Shown here piece after piece: positions 1 through 11,270 of a stretch of 64,000 nt of DNA (position 1 is its first letter; the number at the start of each line of letters is the position of its first letter). The notes beneath the pieces were generated by a model that was not told where the DNA came from, did not search any database, and saw only the letters and a program-made list of their open reading frames with translations. The position numbers were made by a program, and so were the translations under genes. Source of the DNA: Alphaproteobacteria bacterium (GTDB taxonomy: Bacteria; Pseudomonadota; Alphaproteobacteria; UBA828); contig CBDCQT010000010.1 in the NCBI GenBank assembly GCA_965220745.1, positions 64,001-128,000 on the forward strand. The letters run 5' to 3'.

Positions 1-176
<176 letters not shown>

Positions 177-241
177 CTATGGCGCCGGGCGAAGGGTCCG
201 ACGCCGCATTCGCCGATGTCAAGCGGCCGCGCACCGGGCCA

Positions 242-1339
242 CTAGCCGCCACTTCGTCGCCATCGTTTCCAATACCGGGCCAGCACCTCGTCGAGCTCCA
301 TGCCGCCCATCAGCCCGTCCGAGCGCAGGCACATCACCAGCACGATGATGACGCCCAGCATGAGGCTGCCGAGCCCGAACAGGTCGGGCAGTTGCGCGCC
401 CAGGATGACCGGCCCGCTCTCCAGGTGGCGAATCAGCTCCATGGCGACCGAAATCAGCACCACGCCCACCACCGCGCCGGTCACCGAGCGCATACCGCCG
501 AGGATGTGCATGGCGAGCGTGAGGAACGCGGCGTGAAAGTAGAACGCGCGGGCGTTCACGGTGCCCAGGTAGTAGGCGTAGAGCGCGCCGGCGATGCCGC
601 ACACCACGCCGCCCAGCACCCAGGCGATCAGCCGGAGCGCCCGGATATTCACGCCCATCGATTCGGCCGCGAGCATGTTGGTGGCGCTAGCGCGGAGCTG
701 GACCCCGATCCGCGAGTCCTTGAACAATCGTGCGACCAGGATGACCAGGGCGGTCGCGACCATCATGGTCTCGATCCCCGCCACCTTCGGTATGCCGTAA
801 AACGCCTGGGTGCCCCGGAACAGATCGACCCAGTGCACGAAGACACCGTGGATGATGACCAGGATGGCGAGCGTCAGGATCGTCGCCGCGATCCCCGAGA
901 GCCGAACCAGAAAGAGCCCGGTCAGAGCCGCGATGATCCCGGTGATCGACACCGCGGCGACGAACGAAGGGACGATGCCGAGTTGAACCTCTCCGAGACC
1001 GAACGGCGCATTGGGAATCAGCGTCTTCTTGATCACCAGCGGCACCGCGAAGATCGACGTGAGATAGGCGCCGAGCCCCATGAAGCCCGGGTGGGCCAGG
1101 TTGGCCACGTTGGCGTTGCCCATGAATATCTGCAGGCCGAGCACGAGAATCAGGTTGATGTAGGCGGCCACGGCGAGGCGCACCTGGTAGGGCTCGCCGA
1201 ACAGCATGATGAGAAGGCCGATGCCGACCGCGAAGGCGGCGACGATCGTGGCACCCCGTACCGATCTGAGCGTCCGCGCGCCCTCCACGTGCCAGAGACG
1301 CCGGCGCGGGCGGCTGCTATCCATGGTCGGCGCGCTCAA
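242..1339 (-). CDS. Branched-chain amino acid-type ABC transporter permease (LivM-like)
   Basis: Multiple TM segments, 'AAESMGVN...LRLIAWVLGG' and 'ILGGMRSVTGAVVG' motifs; in liv-type operon. Confidence 0.9.
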   Translation of the reverse strand: MSAPTMDSSRPRRRLWHVEGARTLRSVRGATIVAAFAVGIGLLIMLFGEPYQVRLAVAAYINLILVLGLQIFMGNANVANLAHPGFMGLGAYLTSIFAVPLVIKKTLIPNAPFGLGEVQLGIVPSFVAAVSITGIIAALTGLFLVRLSGIAATILTLAILVIIHGVFVHWVDLFRGTQAFYGIPKVAGIETMMVATALVILVARLFKDSRIGVQLRASATNMLAAESMGVNIRALRLIAWVLGGVVCGIAGALYAYYLGTVNARAFYFHAAFLTLAMHILGGMRSVTGAVVGVVLISVAMELIRHLESGPVILGAQLPDLFGLGSLMLGVIIVLVMCLRSDGLMGGMELDEVLARYWKRWRRSGG

Positions 1340-2235
1340 GCGGTCTTGTCTCCCAGCTCGGCCTTCTTGCCCAAGATGCCCTGCGGCCGCCCGACCAGGA
1401 TGGCGCCGATGATGAAGAACACCGCGGCGTCGCGCAGGCCCGCGAGGAAGTCGGGCAGCAGAATAATCAGGACCACTTCGAGGATGCCCAGCACGAGACC
1501 GCCGACCACCGCGCCCGGCAGGCTGCCGAAGCCGCCCAGCACGCAGGCGACGAACGCCTTGAGCACCGGCAGCAGGCCCATGAAGGGGTCGATCGCACCG
1601 CGCCGCGCGATGAAGAAGATGGCGGCGAGGCCGGCGAGGAAGCCCGAGATCGCAAACGCCGTCGCGATCACCCGGTTGGCCCGCACGCCCATCAGACGCA
1701 CCGTGGTGAAGTCGTGGGCCGCGGCGCGCATGGCGAGGCCCAGCTTGGTCCGCCGCATGAAGATGACCAGCAGCACGATCGCGATGGCGGTCACGCCCGC
1801 CTCGAGAAACTGAAGGATGGTGAAGGTGAAGCTGCCGATATCCACCGTCGTGTTGAGCACCGCGATGGCGGGCACGGCCTTGGGCCGGGGCGAGACCCCC
1901 ATCAGGAACACGTTCTGAAGGATGATCGCGACCCCGAAGGCGGTGAGCAGCCCCGTGGTCGCCGGCGCTCGTCGAACCGGTCTGAAGGCGACGCGCTCCA
2001 GGAGCACGGCGGTGATCACCACCGTGAGCAGGCAGACCGGCAGGATCATCCAGATGTCGCCGGCGCCGAACAGCGCCATGGCGTACATGATGTAGCCGCC
2101 GACGCCGAGGAACTCGCCGTGGGCGAAGTTCACCAGCCCCATGACCGAGAACACGATGGCAAGCCCCAACGCGAGCAGCGAGTACTCGGCGCCGATGCTG
2201 AGCGCGTTGAGAGCCTGTTCGGCCACGTATTGCAT
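1336..2235 (-). CDS. Branched-chain amino acid-type ABC transporter permease (LivH-like)
   Basis: 'LALGLAIVFSVMGLVNFAHGE' LivH signature; 4-nt overlap with downstream permease. Confidence 0.92.
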   Translation of the reverse strand: MQYVAEQALNALSIGAEYSLLALGLAIVFSVMGLVNFAHGEFLGVGGYIMYAMALFGAGDIWMILPVCLLTVVITAVLLERVAFRPVRRAPATTGLLTAFGVAIILQNVFLMGVSPRPKAVPAIAVLNTTVDIGSFTFTILQFLEAGVTAIAIVLLVIFMRRTKLGLAMRAAAHDFTTVRLMGVRANRVIATAFAISGFLAGLAAIFFIARRGAIDPFMGLLPVLKAFVACVLGGFGSLPGAVVGGLVLGILEVVLIILLPDFLAGLRDAAVFFIIGAILVGRPQGILGKKAELGDKTA

Positions 2236-2252
2236 GGTCTGTCCCGCCCCCC

Positions 2253-2966
2253 TTACGAGACGCCTTCGCCGATATAGGCCTTCATCAGGTCTGCCGAGGT
2301 CCGCAACTCCTCCGCAGTGCCGGCGAATTCCAGGTTCCCGCTGCTCAGGATGTAGGCCCGATCGGCAAACTTGAGCGCTTCCTGCGCGTTCTGCTCGACC
2401 ACGAGCAAGGTGAGTCCGTGGTCCCGCAGCCCCGAGATCAACTTGAAGATCTGGTCGACGATCTGGGGCGCCAGGCCCAACGAGGGCTCGTCCAGCATCA
2501 GCAGCTTCGGCCCCGACATCAGCGCCCGGACCACCGCCAGCATCTGCTGCTCGCCGCCGGAGAGCGAGCCGCCGCTCTGCTTGAAGCGCTCACGCAGGAT
2601 GGGAAACATGTCGAGGTAGGTCTCCAGGTCCCGGGCGACACCGTCCGCATCCCGCCGGATCGCCGCGCCCAGGATCAGATTCTCCTCGACCGTCAGGTTG
2701 GCGAAGACGTGCCGCCCCTCCGGCGTCACGGTGATGCCGCGGGCGACGCGGCTTTCCGTGTCCAGCCGGTTGATGTCCTGGCCCTGGAACGACACCGTGC
2801 CTTCCGCGACGGGCACGAGCCCGATGATCGCGGACAGCATGCTCGTCTTGCCCGCCCCGTTGGGCCCCAGCAACGTCACGATCTCGCCCTCGTTGACGGA
2901 GAGCGAGACCGAATGCACGGCGCGTACCGCGCCGTAATTCACCGAGACGTTATCGACTTCGAGCAT
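2253..2966 (-). CDS. ABC transporter ATP-binding protein (LivF-like)
   Basis: Walker [26 protein letters not shown]. Confidence 0.93.
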   Translation of the reverse strand: MLEVDNVSVNYGAVRAVHSVSLSVNEGEIVTLLGPNGAGKTSMLSAIIGLVPVAEGTVSFQGQDINRLDTESRVARGITVTPEGRHVFANLTVEENLILGAAIRRDADGVARDLETYLDMFPILRERFKQSGGSLSGGEQQMLAVVRALMSGPKLLMLDEPSLGLAPQIVDQIFKLISGLRDHGLTLLVVEQNAQEALKFADRAYILSSGNLEFAGTAEELRTSADLMKAYIGEGVS

Positions 2967-3014
2967 CGGCTCTTGCCGTCTTCTACCCTCGGCACGCGGC
3001 CGTCCCCGCCGGGC

Positions 3015-3058
3015 CCGTCAGGAAAGGCAGCGCCCACAGCGCGCGCCTTCCCTGACGG
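3015..3058 (-). terminator. Intra-operon stem-loop after the substrate-binding gene (attenuator or mRNA stabiliser)
   Basis: Inverted repeat CCGTCAGGAAAGGC ... GCCTTCCCTGACGG; the single mismatch becomes a G-U pair on the minus strand. Confidence 0.5.
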
Positions 3059-3114
3059 TGTCCGGTTCATTCGGCCGGTTGGTGTCGGCGGCCGTACCGG
3101 GTCGACTGCTCGCC

Positions 3115-4299
3115 CTACTCCTCGTAATGGGGCGAGTGTGTGGGCACGAGGGCCTGGTGCAGGTACGGCTGGCCGTCCTTGAACCCGAGCACCGAGACCT
3201 CCTTGCTCGGATAGTGCCACTTGTTGGTGAAGTCGATGGAGGGCGCGGACGTCGCCGCGATCGGCCCCGCAGTGGTCAAGGCCTCAAGAACGGCGCGGGA
3301 CTCGGTCGAGCCCGCGAGTTCCACACCCTTGGCGAGGATTTGGGCAACATCGCCACCCAGCCCGAAGAACGAGCCGTTAATCTCGTAGCCCCGGCTGATG
3401 CACTCGTTCTGGAACATCTCGAGCGCGTTGCCGCCTGTGGCAAAACCGTGGGTGGCGAAAAACACGGTCCCGTCGACGCTCGGCGCGCCGCCTGCCACTT
3501 CCGGCAGCGTCGGATCGTCAAACCCGTCCGAGCCGAACACGAAGATATCGAGCCCCGCCGCACGAATCTGACGGATCAGCACGCCCACGTCGGGGTTGAT
3601 CGACGAGATGTGGATCGAGTCCGGCATCGGGTCCATTGCCTTCAGGTCGGTGATGAAGGGCGACCAGTCGGTGATCCCGAAGCCCGGATATTCCATCCGG
3701 CCGACGACCTCGCCGCCGAAGCGCCCGAACACGTCGCCGAACCATTCCGGCAGGTTTCGCGTCCAGGTCCCGTACACGTCCGAGAGGAACAGCACCACCC
3801 GACGCGCACCCAGCTCGTAGGCGACTTCGGCGGTCGCCGAGGCGTTGAACGGATCGGGCACGGCCATGGTGATGTAGTTGTCCAAGCCGACCTCGAACAT
3901 CTCGATCTGGGTGTTGACGGCCGAGAAGGTGATCGTGTCGTACTCGGCCGCGAGCTGGGAGACGGGGATCAGCGAATCCGAGGCGATCGCGGCCTCGCCC
4001 ACGGCGGTTACGCCGTCGTCCAGCATCTCCTGGGCCTGGGCGATGGCGATGGCCGGATCGCTCTTGTTGTCTTGCACGGCGAGCTCGATGGGCACGCCGT
4101 TCACGCCGCCCTGCTCGTTCATGAGCTCCGTCATGCAGCGCAGGCCGTGGGCCCCGGTGTAGGGCGCCCATTCGCCGGAGATCGAGGCCGAGATACCGAT
4201 CTTGAGCGGATCCCCGGCGGATGCCGGAGCGTTCGCGATGGCGAGCGCCAGCGCACCCGCCGCAATTGCGGTCGTGGCCAGAAGTTTCTTCGTAAACAT
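3115..4299 (-). CDS. ABC transporter substrate-binding protein (LivJ/LivK-like)
   Basis: Signal peptide, 'LKIGISASISG', 'GGVNGVPIEL..QDNKSDP'. Confidence 0.9.
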   Translation of the reverse strand: MFTKKLLATTAIAAGALALAIANAPASAGDPLKIGISASISGEWAPYTGAHGLRCMTELMNEQGGVNGVPIELAVQDNKSDPAIAIAQAQEMLDDGVTAVGEAAIASDSLIPVSQLAAEYDTITFSAVNTQIEMFEVGLDNYITMAVPDPFNASATAEVAYELGARRVVLFLSDVYGTWTRNLPEWFGDVFGRFGGEVVGRMEYPGFGITDWSPFITDLKAMDPMPDSIHISSINPDVGVLIRQIRAAGLDIFVFGSDGFDDPTLPEVAGGAPSVDGTVFFATHGFATGGNALEMFQNECISRGYEINGSFFGLGGDVAQILAKGVELAGSTESRAVLEALTTAGPIAATSAPSIDFTNKWHYPSKEVSVLGFKDGQPYLHQALVPTHSPHYEE

Positions 4300-4333
4300 T
4301 GGTTTAGCCTCCCTTGATTGTTTGACACACCCC

Positions 4334-5131
<798 letters not shown>

Positions 5132-5499
5132 GGCTCAAGCCGCAAGGGGATGGCTGCGCGGCCCGGTACTGGCGGACGCGCGTCCGACCGGCGCGGCGAT
5201 CCCTCGCTCGGGCCGCCGCCCCATGGGTCGGAAACGTTCGTTCACCGACACTCTCCCTGAGGCGTTCTTATTCTTGTCCAATCAGTTTCGATCATGGACA
5301 GCAGGTTGACAAGCCTGCCCCGGCAGCGCGGTGTGGACGCGCGACGCGGGCTGGCAGACGAGCAGACGGGATCGAAGTTATTTCCTTTCCCTCAGTCGCC
5401 GGGCGCTCACTCCGTTCGATCGTGCGCTCCGCGCGCGTGGACGCGACGCCGCTTGCCGGCGGTTGCCGCGCTTCCTATCGTGTGGTTCAGCGTCCCCCG

Positions 5500-5588
5500 G
5501 CCCGCGTGGCGGAATTTGGTAGACGCAACGGACTTAAAATCCGTTGGCCCTATGGGCCGTCCCGGTTCGAGTCCGGGCGCGGGCACCA
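5500..5588 (+). tRNA. tRNA-Leu (anticodon TAA)
   Basis: Acceptor stem GCCCGCG/CGCGGGC, D-loop GGTAGAC, anticodon arm ACGGA-CTTAAAA-TCCGT, long variable arm, T-loop GGTTCGAGTCC, encoded 3' ACCA. Confidence 0.97.
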
Positions 5589-5676
5589 CGATCCATTCCG
5601 GGGGCTTCCAACGCCTTCCTGGAAACTATTCCGCCGCACGTCTCACACTGTTTCACCTGCTCAAATCTCTGCGCAC

Positions 5677-7398
5677 TTAAGTATTGTGTGAGGTGACAAG
5701 TTTGGCCTCCGTCAGATTCTCCTGTGACTTGGAGCGCGTGACATAGCCGGCTTCGAGATCCTGGCTTCGGCGCTGATCGCAACGTTCTGCTGGGTCGCCC
5801 CATCCACCGCCGCCGGCCGTCTGCTGGCTTACTATATCCCCCATTCTTAGCGGTATCTCGGCGCCCTTGGATGCGAAATTGGGCGATGCAGGTTGGAAGC
5901 CATCGCCGCGGTCGATCAGATAGGCGCCGGGCGCGCCTTCGCCACCGCCGTCGAATCCCTTGGCCCCGAACTTACAGCGGTCAGCCACGAAGCTGAGTTC
6001 CGCGACATCGGAGAGGATCTCGTAATCTCGCCTCGTGCCGAGCCCGCCTCGGTATTTCCCGTCACCTCCAGTATCCGCCCGCAGTTCGTACCGCCTTAGC
6101 CTGACCGGAAACTTCAGCTCCAAAGCCTCTGCGGGCATGTTGCGGCAGTTCCCGACGATTGAGAACAGGGCGCTTTCGCCATCCTTCTCCGGCGTCGCCC
6201 CCCATGCACCTTCGGGATACTGGTAGAGAATTTGCATTCCAGCTTTGCCGTAGCAGGTTAGCAGCATGTTGTTGGACGACCCTTGGTCGCCAGCAATGAG
6301 ATGTGGACCGTTGGGCATGGTCGAAAGCGCCGCCATCAAGGCGTTGACAATCCGATGCGAGGTCTCGTTGCCAGCCGTGCAGGGAGCCGGAAAGGTTGGA
6401 TGCACAACCGTGCCTTCACGAGACACGATTTTGATCGGCCGATAGCAACCATGGTTGGGGGCTATTTCTGGATCGGTGGCGGCCTGCAGACAAAGGTAGG
6501 TTGCCGATGCGGTCATGTAAGGAACGGAATTGATCGGTCCACTTGCCTGCGGATCGGTGTCGCTGTAGTCGATCACCAAAGCGTCGCCGTTGACGACGAC
6601 CTTGACTCGGATCGTAATCGGCTCGTCGGTAATGCCGTCGTTGTCCATGATGTCTTCGCCGAAGTACTCTCCATCGGGCCAAGACCTGATTACCGCGCGC
6701 ATTCGAGCTTCAGAATCCGCGCGCGATCGTTCCTCCGCAGATGCAATGGTAGCCCGGCCATACCGCTTGCACAGGGCTTGATATCGCAAAGCGGCACTGC
6801 GGTTCGCGGATACCTGCGCCGCGAGATCTCCCTTCATGTTTTTTGGCACGCGGACGTTGTTGAGAATGAACTCGTAAACGTCACGTTGCCGCTCGCCCGC
6901 GCGGTACAACCAGACAGGGGGAATGCGCAGCCCTTCCATGAAGTTGTCTTTTGCCCGAGAGTAAAAGCTGCCCGGAACGGCACCTCCGACGTCGGCATGA
7001 TGAGCCCGGTTTGCAGCGAAGGCGACCAGTTCGCCATCGTAAAAGATTGGGCTGACCATCGTGAGGTCCGGAAGATGAGTTCCGCCGCGATAAGGGTCGT
7101 TTGAAATGATGGCGTCACCGGGCTTGAATTCCCGGAGGGGCGCGAGCTCCTCGATCGCCTGACGCACGGCGTACTGCAAGGCTCCAAGGTGGATCGGCAA
7201 AAACTCGCCCTGCGCTGTCAGCCGCGCCTTCGCATCGAACAGCCCGCAGGAAAAGTCGCTGCCTTCATTGAATATCTCCGAATAGGCGGTTTGCCGAAGC
7301 GTAACCCCCATCTCGCGGGAGACCGCGACAAGCGAGCTTCTGATGACACTGAACTGGATCGGATCGAAATTTCTAGCGACGGCACTCGTGTCAGTCAT
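5677..7398 (-). CDS. Hydantoinase B/oxoprolinase family protein
   Basis: 'NDPYRGGTHLPD', 'AHHADVGG', 'GGxG.YRGGLG', 'TAGGGGWGDP'. Confidence 0.92.
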   Translation of the reverse strand: MTDTSAVARNFDPIQFSVIRSSLVAVSREMGVTLRQTAYSEIFNEGSDFSCGLFDAKARLTAQGEFLPIHLGALQYAVRQAIEELAPLREFKPGDAIISNDPYRGGTHLPDLTMVSPIFYDGELVAFAANRAHHADVGGAVPGSFYSRAKDNFMEGLRIPPVWLYRAGERQRDVYEFILNNVRVPKNMKGDLAAQVSANRSAALRYQALCKRYGRATIASAEERSRADSEARMRAVIRSWPDGEYFGEDIMDNDGITDEPITIRVKVVVNGDALVIDYSDTDPQASGPINSVPYMTASATYLCLQAATDPEIAPNHGCYRPIKIVSREGTVVHPTFPAPCTAGNETSHRIVNALMAALSTMPNGPHLIAGDQGSSNNMLLTCYGKAGMQILYQYPEGAWGATPEKDGESALFSIVGNCRNMPAEALELKFPVRLRRYELRADTGGDGKYRGGLGTRRDYEILSDVAELSFVADRCKFGAKGFDGGGEGAPGAYLIDRGDGFQPASPNFASKGAEIPLRMGDIVSQQTAGGGGWGDPAERCDQRRSQDLEAGYVTRSKSQENLTEAKLVTSHNT

Positions 7399-9428
7399 TG
7401 TTTAAGCCACTTCAGTTCGAGGAAGCCCGGCTTGACCGCCGAGCAGCTGGCGTCTGGCGGAACGACGATGGTTGCGTCGGACTGTTCGATGATGGCTGGT
7501 CCAAGTGTCGTCTCTGTCGTCTCGACATCTCTACGCTTGAGAATCTGCGTCTCGAGCCAGCCCTGTTCGGGCCCCCAGTAGACTTTCCGGCTCCGAACGT
7601 CAGCCTCCAGCGATGGCCAACGAGGATCGCCGAACTCTTTGTTCTCGGCGACGCTCACGGCGGCGACACGAATATTCACAGCTTCGACCGAGCTATCACG
7701 AAGCGAATGCCCGTAACGCGCCTCATGAGAGTGATGAAAGTTCTCTGCCGCCTTGTCGGTATCGATCTGCCCCAACTCGACTGGAATGGTAATCTCGTGC
7801 GTTTGTCCGGCGTACCTGAGATCCAGTGCGGCGGAAACAACCACATTGCCATTCTTGGCGTCGTCGTGAAGCTCGGCAAGCGTTTCCTCGCTCAACTGTG
7901 TGAACATGTCGTGGAGCGCCATTGCTTCGAGATCCGCCAACGGCACAAAGATCGTCTTCAGGCGCTCGCGGCGCCCATCGGCAAGCAACATGCCTTGAGC
8001 GGATGCGACGCCTGGGTAGGCGGGAACGACCACTGAAGACATCTCCAGTTCCGCCGCAACCTCTAGGCCGTGAGCGCCCCCACCACCACCCAGTGCAACA
8101 AGGGCATAGTCGCGCGGATCACGGGAGCGTTCGATGGAGACCGACCGGATTGCATCTGCCATATTGCTGTTGACGATACGCAAGATGCCCCACGCCGTCT
8201 CTTCGCGGCTGAGGCCCAGTCGTACCGCTAACGCCTCAATGGATTTCCACGCTCGTTCCCGGTCGAGGCGGAGCCCGCCGCCGATGGACAAGCGGGGATT
8301 GTAGCGGCCGAGGGCGATCGCCGCGTCAGTCACCGTCGGCTCCACACCACCCTTCCCATAGCAGGCAGGGCCGGGAACCGCGCCGGCGGAACGAGGGCCA
8401 ACGAGGATGGTCCCACCTTGATCGACCCAAGCGATGCTGCCACCACCAGCGCCGACACTGACGATGTCGAGGCAAGGTATCTGGATCGGATACCCCACGA
8501 GCTCGATGTAGGTATTGCGATCGGGCTCACCGTTCGTGACCGCCGCCACGTCGGTGCTCGTGCCCCCCATATCGAAACTGATCACATTGCTTCGTCCGAG
8601 AGCCTTGGCGATCTCAAGTGCCAAAATCACCCCGCCAGCGGGACCGGAGAGCAGGGACTTCACCGGCACGCGACGCGCTTGAAGCGGATCTGCAAGGCCG
8701 CCGGAAGACTCCATGATCCGGAAGCCCTCTTCCGTCAAGGAATGGGGAAGCGACCTTTCCAAGCCCTCCAGATAGTTGCTCATGATGGGACGGGCAATGG
8801 CATTGATACAGGTGGTGCTTGTCCTTTCAAACTCGCGATAGTGCGGCAAAACCTCGTGGGATAAAGACACGAACACGTTGTCGCCCAGGCGTTCCGCGAT
8901 CGATTTGCCTAGCAAGAGCTCGTGTGCTGGATTTCTAAACGAGAACAACAGGCAGACCGCGACGCTGCTCACACCCGAAGCCTCGATCTCATCGACAACG
9001 CGCTTGATCTCGTCCGCCTGAAGCGGCTCGACGATACTTCCGTCCGCGGCAATTCGTTCTCGCACTTCCAATCGCTGTTTTCGCTTGATCAACGGTTCCG
9101 GCTTCTTTTGCGCGAGATTGAACAGATCTTTTCGGTCCCCGCGCATGATCTCCAAAACATCCCGGAAACCATCGGTCGTGATCAGGAGGCAATCGGGTCG
9201 ATCCGAAGTTAGAAGAGCATTCACGACGACAGTCGTACCGTGCCTTAACGTCGAAATTTCTGTCGGATTCTCGCAGACGGTGGCCAGCGCGGCCAAGAAG
9301 CCCGCTTCCAGCTTTCCTGGCGTGGTGGCAGACTTCCCAACAAACCAGGAGCCATCGGCCCGACGGGTGATGGCGTCCGTAAATGTTCCGCCCATGTCTA
9401 TTGCAATGTCCATGTGTTCGCTCGACAT
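7395..9428 (-). CDS. Hydantoinase A/oxoprolinase family protein (start reassigned to MSSEHMDIAIDMGG)
   Basis: 'IDMGGTFTD', 'HGTTV', 'SGPAGG', 'FDMGGTSTDV', 'GAGGGS'; the ORF-track extension to 10172 is non-homologous. Confidence 0.9.
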   Translation of the reverse strand: MSSEHMDIAIDMGGTFTDAITRRADGSWFVGKSATTPGKLEAGFLAALATVCENPTEISTLRHGTTVVVNALLTSDRPDCLLITTDGFRDVLEIMRGDRKDLFNLAQKKPEPLIKRKQRLEVRERIAADGSIVEPLQADEIKRVVDEIEASGVSSVAVCLLFSFRNPAHELLLGKSIAERLGDNVFVSLSHEVLPHYREFERTSTTCINAIARPIMSNYLEGLERSLPHSLTEEGFRIMESSGGLADPLQARRVPVKSLLSGPAGGVILALEIAKALGRSNVISFDMGGTSTDVAAVTNGEPDRNTYIELVGYPIQIPCLDIVSVGAGGGSIAWVDQGGTILVGPRSAGAVPGPACYGKGGVEPTVTDAAIALGRYNPRLSIGGGLRLDRERAWKSIEALAVRLGLSREETAWGILRIVNSNMADAIRSVSIERSRDPRDYALVALGGGGGAHGLEVAAELEMSSVVVPAYPGVASAQGMLLADGRRERLKTIFVPLADLEAMALHDMFTQLSEETLAELHDDAKNGNVVVSAALDLRYAGQTHEITIPVELGQIDTDKAAENFHHSHEARYGHSLRDSSVEAVNIRVAAVSVAENKEFGDPRWPSLEADVRSRKVYWGPEQGWLETQILKRRDVETTETTLGPAIIEQSDATIVVPPDASCSAVKPGFLELKWLKQ

Positions 9429-9928
9429 GACCTGCGCCCCTTGGCTCCCTCGTTCACAAGGAGAGTCCTGATTCTGTCTGCATAGCGCATCGTCGATGGG
9501 TTGGCACGCGCCGGGCACGCAGCCCTCAACCCGCTCAAGCGCTCGGCGCGCAACCCACGCGCCGAACAACAAGCGTTGGCGTTTGACCCTTTGGCATCCG
9601 ACAGTCAGTACATTGCTGAGGCGATCGGCGTTCAATCTGCGCGGTGAACAACACCGCGGGCCGCTTGTGGCACCATCCAGGCGCGGCGCCGGCGCCGACG
9701 CATCGCGTGACGGCCGGCAGGATTGTTGCTCACCCTGCTGATCGAACCCCATCCGCGTGATAACATGTTGAATCTCTTGAACGCCGAGGGATGGAACGCT
9801 GCCTGCGAACGGCACTTGATCGGAGCGGCGGATCACGCCCGCCGGCGGATCTCGACGCTCAAGCACCTGCGCAAGGGATATACGTGGGACGATCAGGAAT
9901 TCCTGCGAGGCCCCGAGGAACAGGAATC

Positions 9929-11242
9929 GTGACCAGCGGCGAGCTGATCTTTCTGGTCTGGAACGACCTCGTCGGGGTCTCGCGCACGCGCGGTGTGCCG
10001 GTGGGCGAGTACGAGCGCCGCAAGGCCCACGGGCTCGGCTGGGCGCTGGCGGGGCAGGCGATGACCCCGTTCGAGGACATTGCCGAGAACCCGTGGGGGC
10101 CGATGGACGAGGTGCGGCAAGTCCCCGATGATGAGACGCGGCGACGGATCGCGCTGCGTCCCGAGCACCCACCCCTTCATCTGGTTCTCTGCGACAGTCT
10201 CAACCTCGACGGCAGCCCCTGGGAATGCTGCACACGGAGCTTTCTGGCGGCCGCATTGGCTGACTTGAAGGCGGAAACGGGCCTCGACCTGCACATTGCC
10301 TACGAGAACGAGTTCGCGCTCTACGGCGAGGAGCTTCGTTGGGCGGCGCCGTTCTCGCTGGATGCCGTGCGCCGGATCGCGCCGTTCGCCGACCTCTGCG
10401 TGGCGGCCCTGATCGACGCCGATCTGGGGCTCGAAACCTTCGAGCCCGAATACGGCGTCGGGCAATTCGAGGTAACCAACGGTCCGGCCGCGGGGCTCGC
10501 GGGCGCGGACCGTGTCGTGCTCACCCGTGAAATCGTGCGGGAAGCCGCGCGCCAGAGCGGGCTGCGCGCAACCTTCGCCCCCAAGCCGGCCCCCGATGCG
10601 GTGGGCAACGGCTGCCACCTTCACTTGAGCCTTTGGGACGCCGACGGCAACGCGGCCGCCTACGACGCCGATGCGCCGGGCGAGCTCAGCACGGTTGCCG
10701 CGAGCTTCTGCGCGGGCGTGCAGCGGCACCTCGGCGCGCTTTGCGCCATGACGGCACCGAGCCCCACTTCCTACCTGCGCCTCGGCCCCCATCACTGGAG
10801 CTGCGGCTACGACATCGTCGGCGTCCAGAACCGCGAGGCCGCCATTCGCATCTGCCCGTCGCCCGCCGCCGATCCGGCCGACCGCGGCGAGGCCTTCAAC
10901 ATCGAGTTCCGCTTCACCGATGCCACGGCGAGCCCATACTTGGCCATCTGCGTGATCGTACGCGCGGGGCTCCAGGGCATCCGCGACGCGCTGCCGCGCC
11001 CGACCTTGGTGGAAGGCGAGCCGGACGATCTGAGCGCAGACGAGCGCAGCGCGCGCGGCATCAGCCGGCTCCCCACCTCGCTCGAAGAGGCTCTCGACGC
11101 GTTCGGCGCGGACGAGACCGTGAAGGGCTGGTTCACGCCCACCATGGTGAAGGCCTACACCGCCCTCAAGCGGCACGAGGTTCGGCTCTACGCGGAGTCG
11201 AGGCCCCAACACATGTGCGAACGATACATGCAGGTCTATTGA
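9929..11242 (+). CDS. Glutamine synthetase-like gamma-glutamyl ligase (GlnA/PuuA-like)
   Basis: 'EPEYGVGQFEV', 'GNGCHLHLSLW', 'QNREAAIRI', 'IEFRFTDATASPYL'; GTG start at 9929. Confidence 0.88.
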   Translation: MTSGELIFLVWNDLVGVSRTRGVPVGEYERRKAHGLGWALAGQAMTPFEDIAENPWGPMDEVRQVPDDETRRRIALRPEHPPLHLVLCDSLNLDGSPWECCTRSFLAAALADLKAETGLDLHIAYENEFALYGEELRWAAPFSLDAVRRIAPFADLCVAALIDADLGLETFEPEYGVGQFEVTNGPAAGLAGADRVVLTREIVREAARQSGLRATFAPKPAPDAVGNGCHLHLSLWDADGNAAAYDADAPGELSTVAASFCAGVQRHLGALCAMTAPSPTSYLRLGPHHWSCGYDIVGVQNREAAIRICPSPAADPADRGEAFNIEFRFTDATASPYLAICVIVRAGLQGIRDALPRPTLVEGEPDDLSADERSARGISRLPTSLEEALDAFGADETVKGWFTPTMVKAYTALKRHEVRLYAESRPQHMCERYMQVY

Positions 11243-11270
11243 GCCGGCCTCAACTGGGGAGACGAAAGCC

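Noticed and set aside
5500-5588. bldA-like TTA-codon control via tRNA-Leu(TAA)
   Set aside because: This tRNA is standard in bacteria, and I did not establish any specific TTA enrichment in a regulated gene set.
9429-10172. N-terminal extension making hydantoinase A 925 aa
   Set aside because: The extension is low-complexity, overlaps the opposite-strand GlnA-like gene, and homology begins at MSSEHMDIAIDMGG (9428).
11140-11150. Other ACCATGG(T) occurrences (e.g. ~11141, ~29048, ~42986) as further promoter copies
   Set aside because: They lie inside coding regions and lack the full 16-bp dyad.
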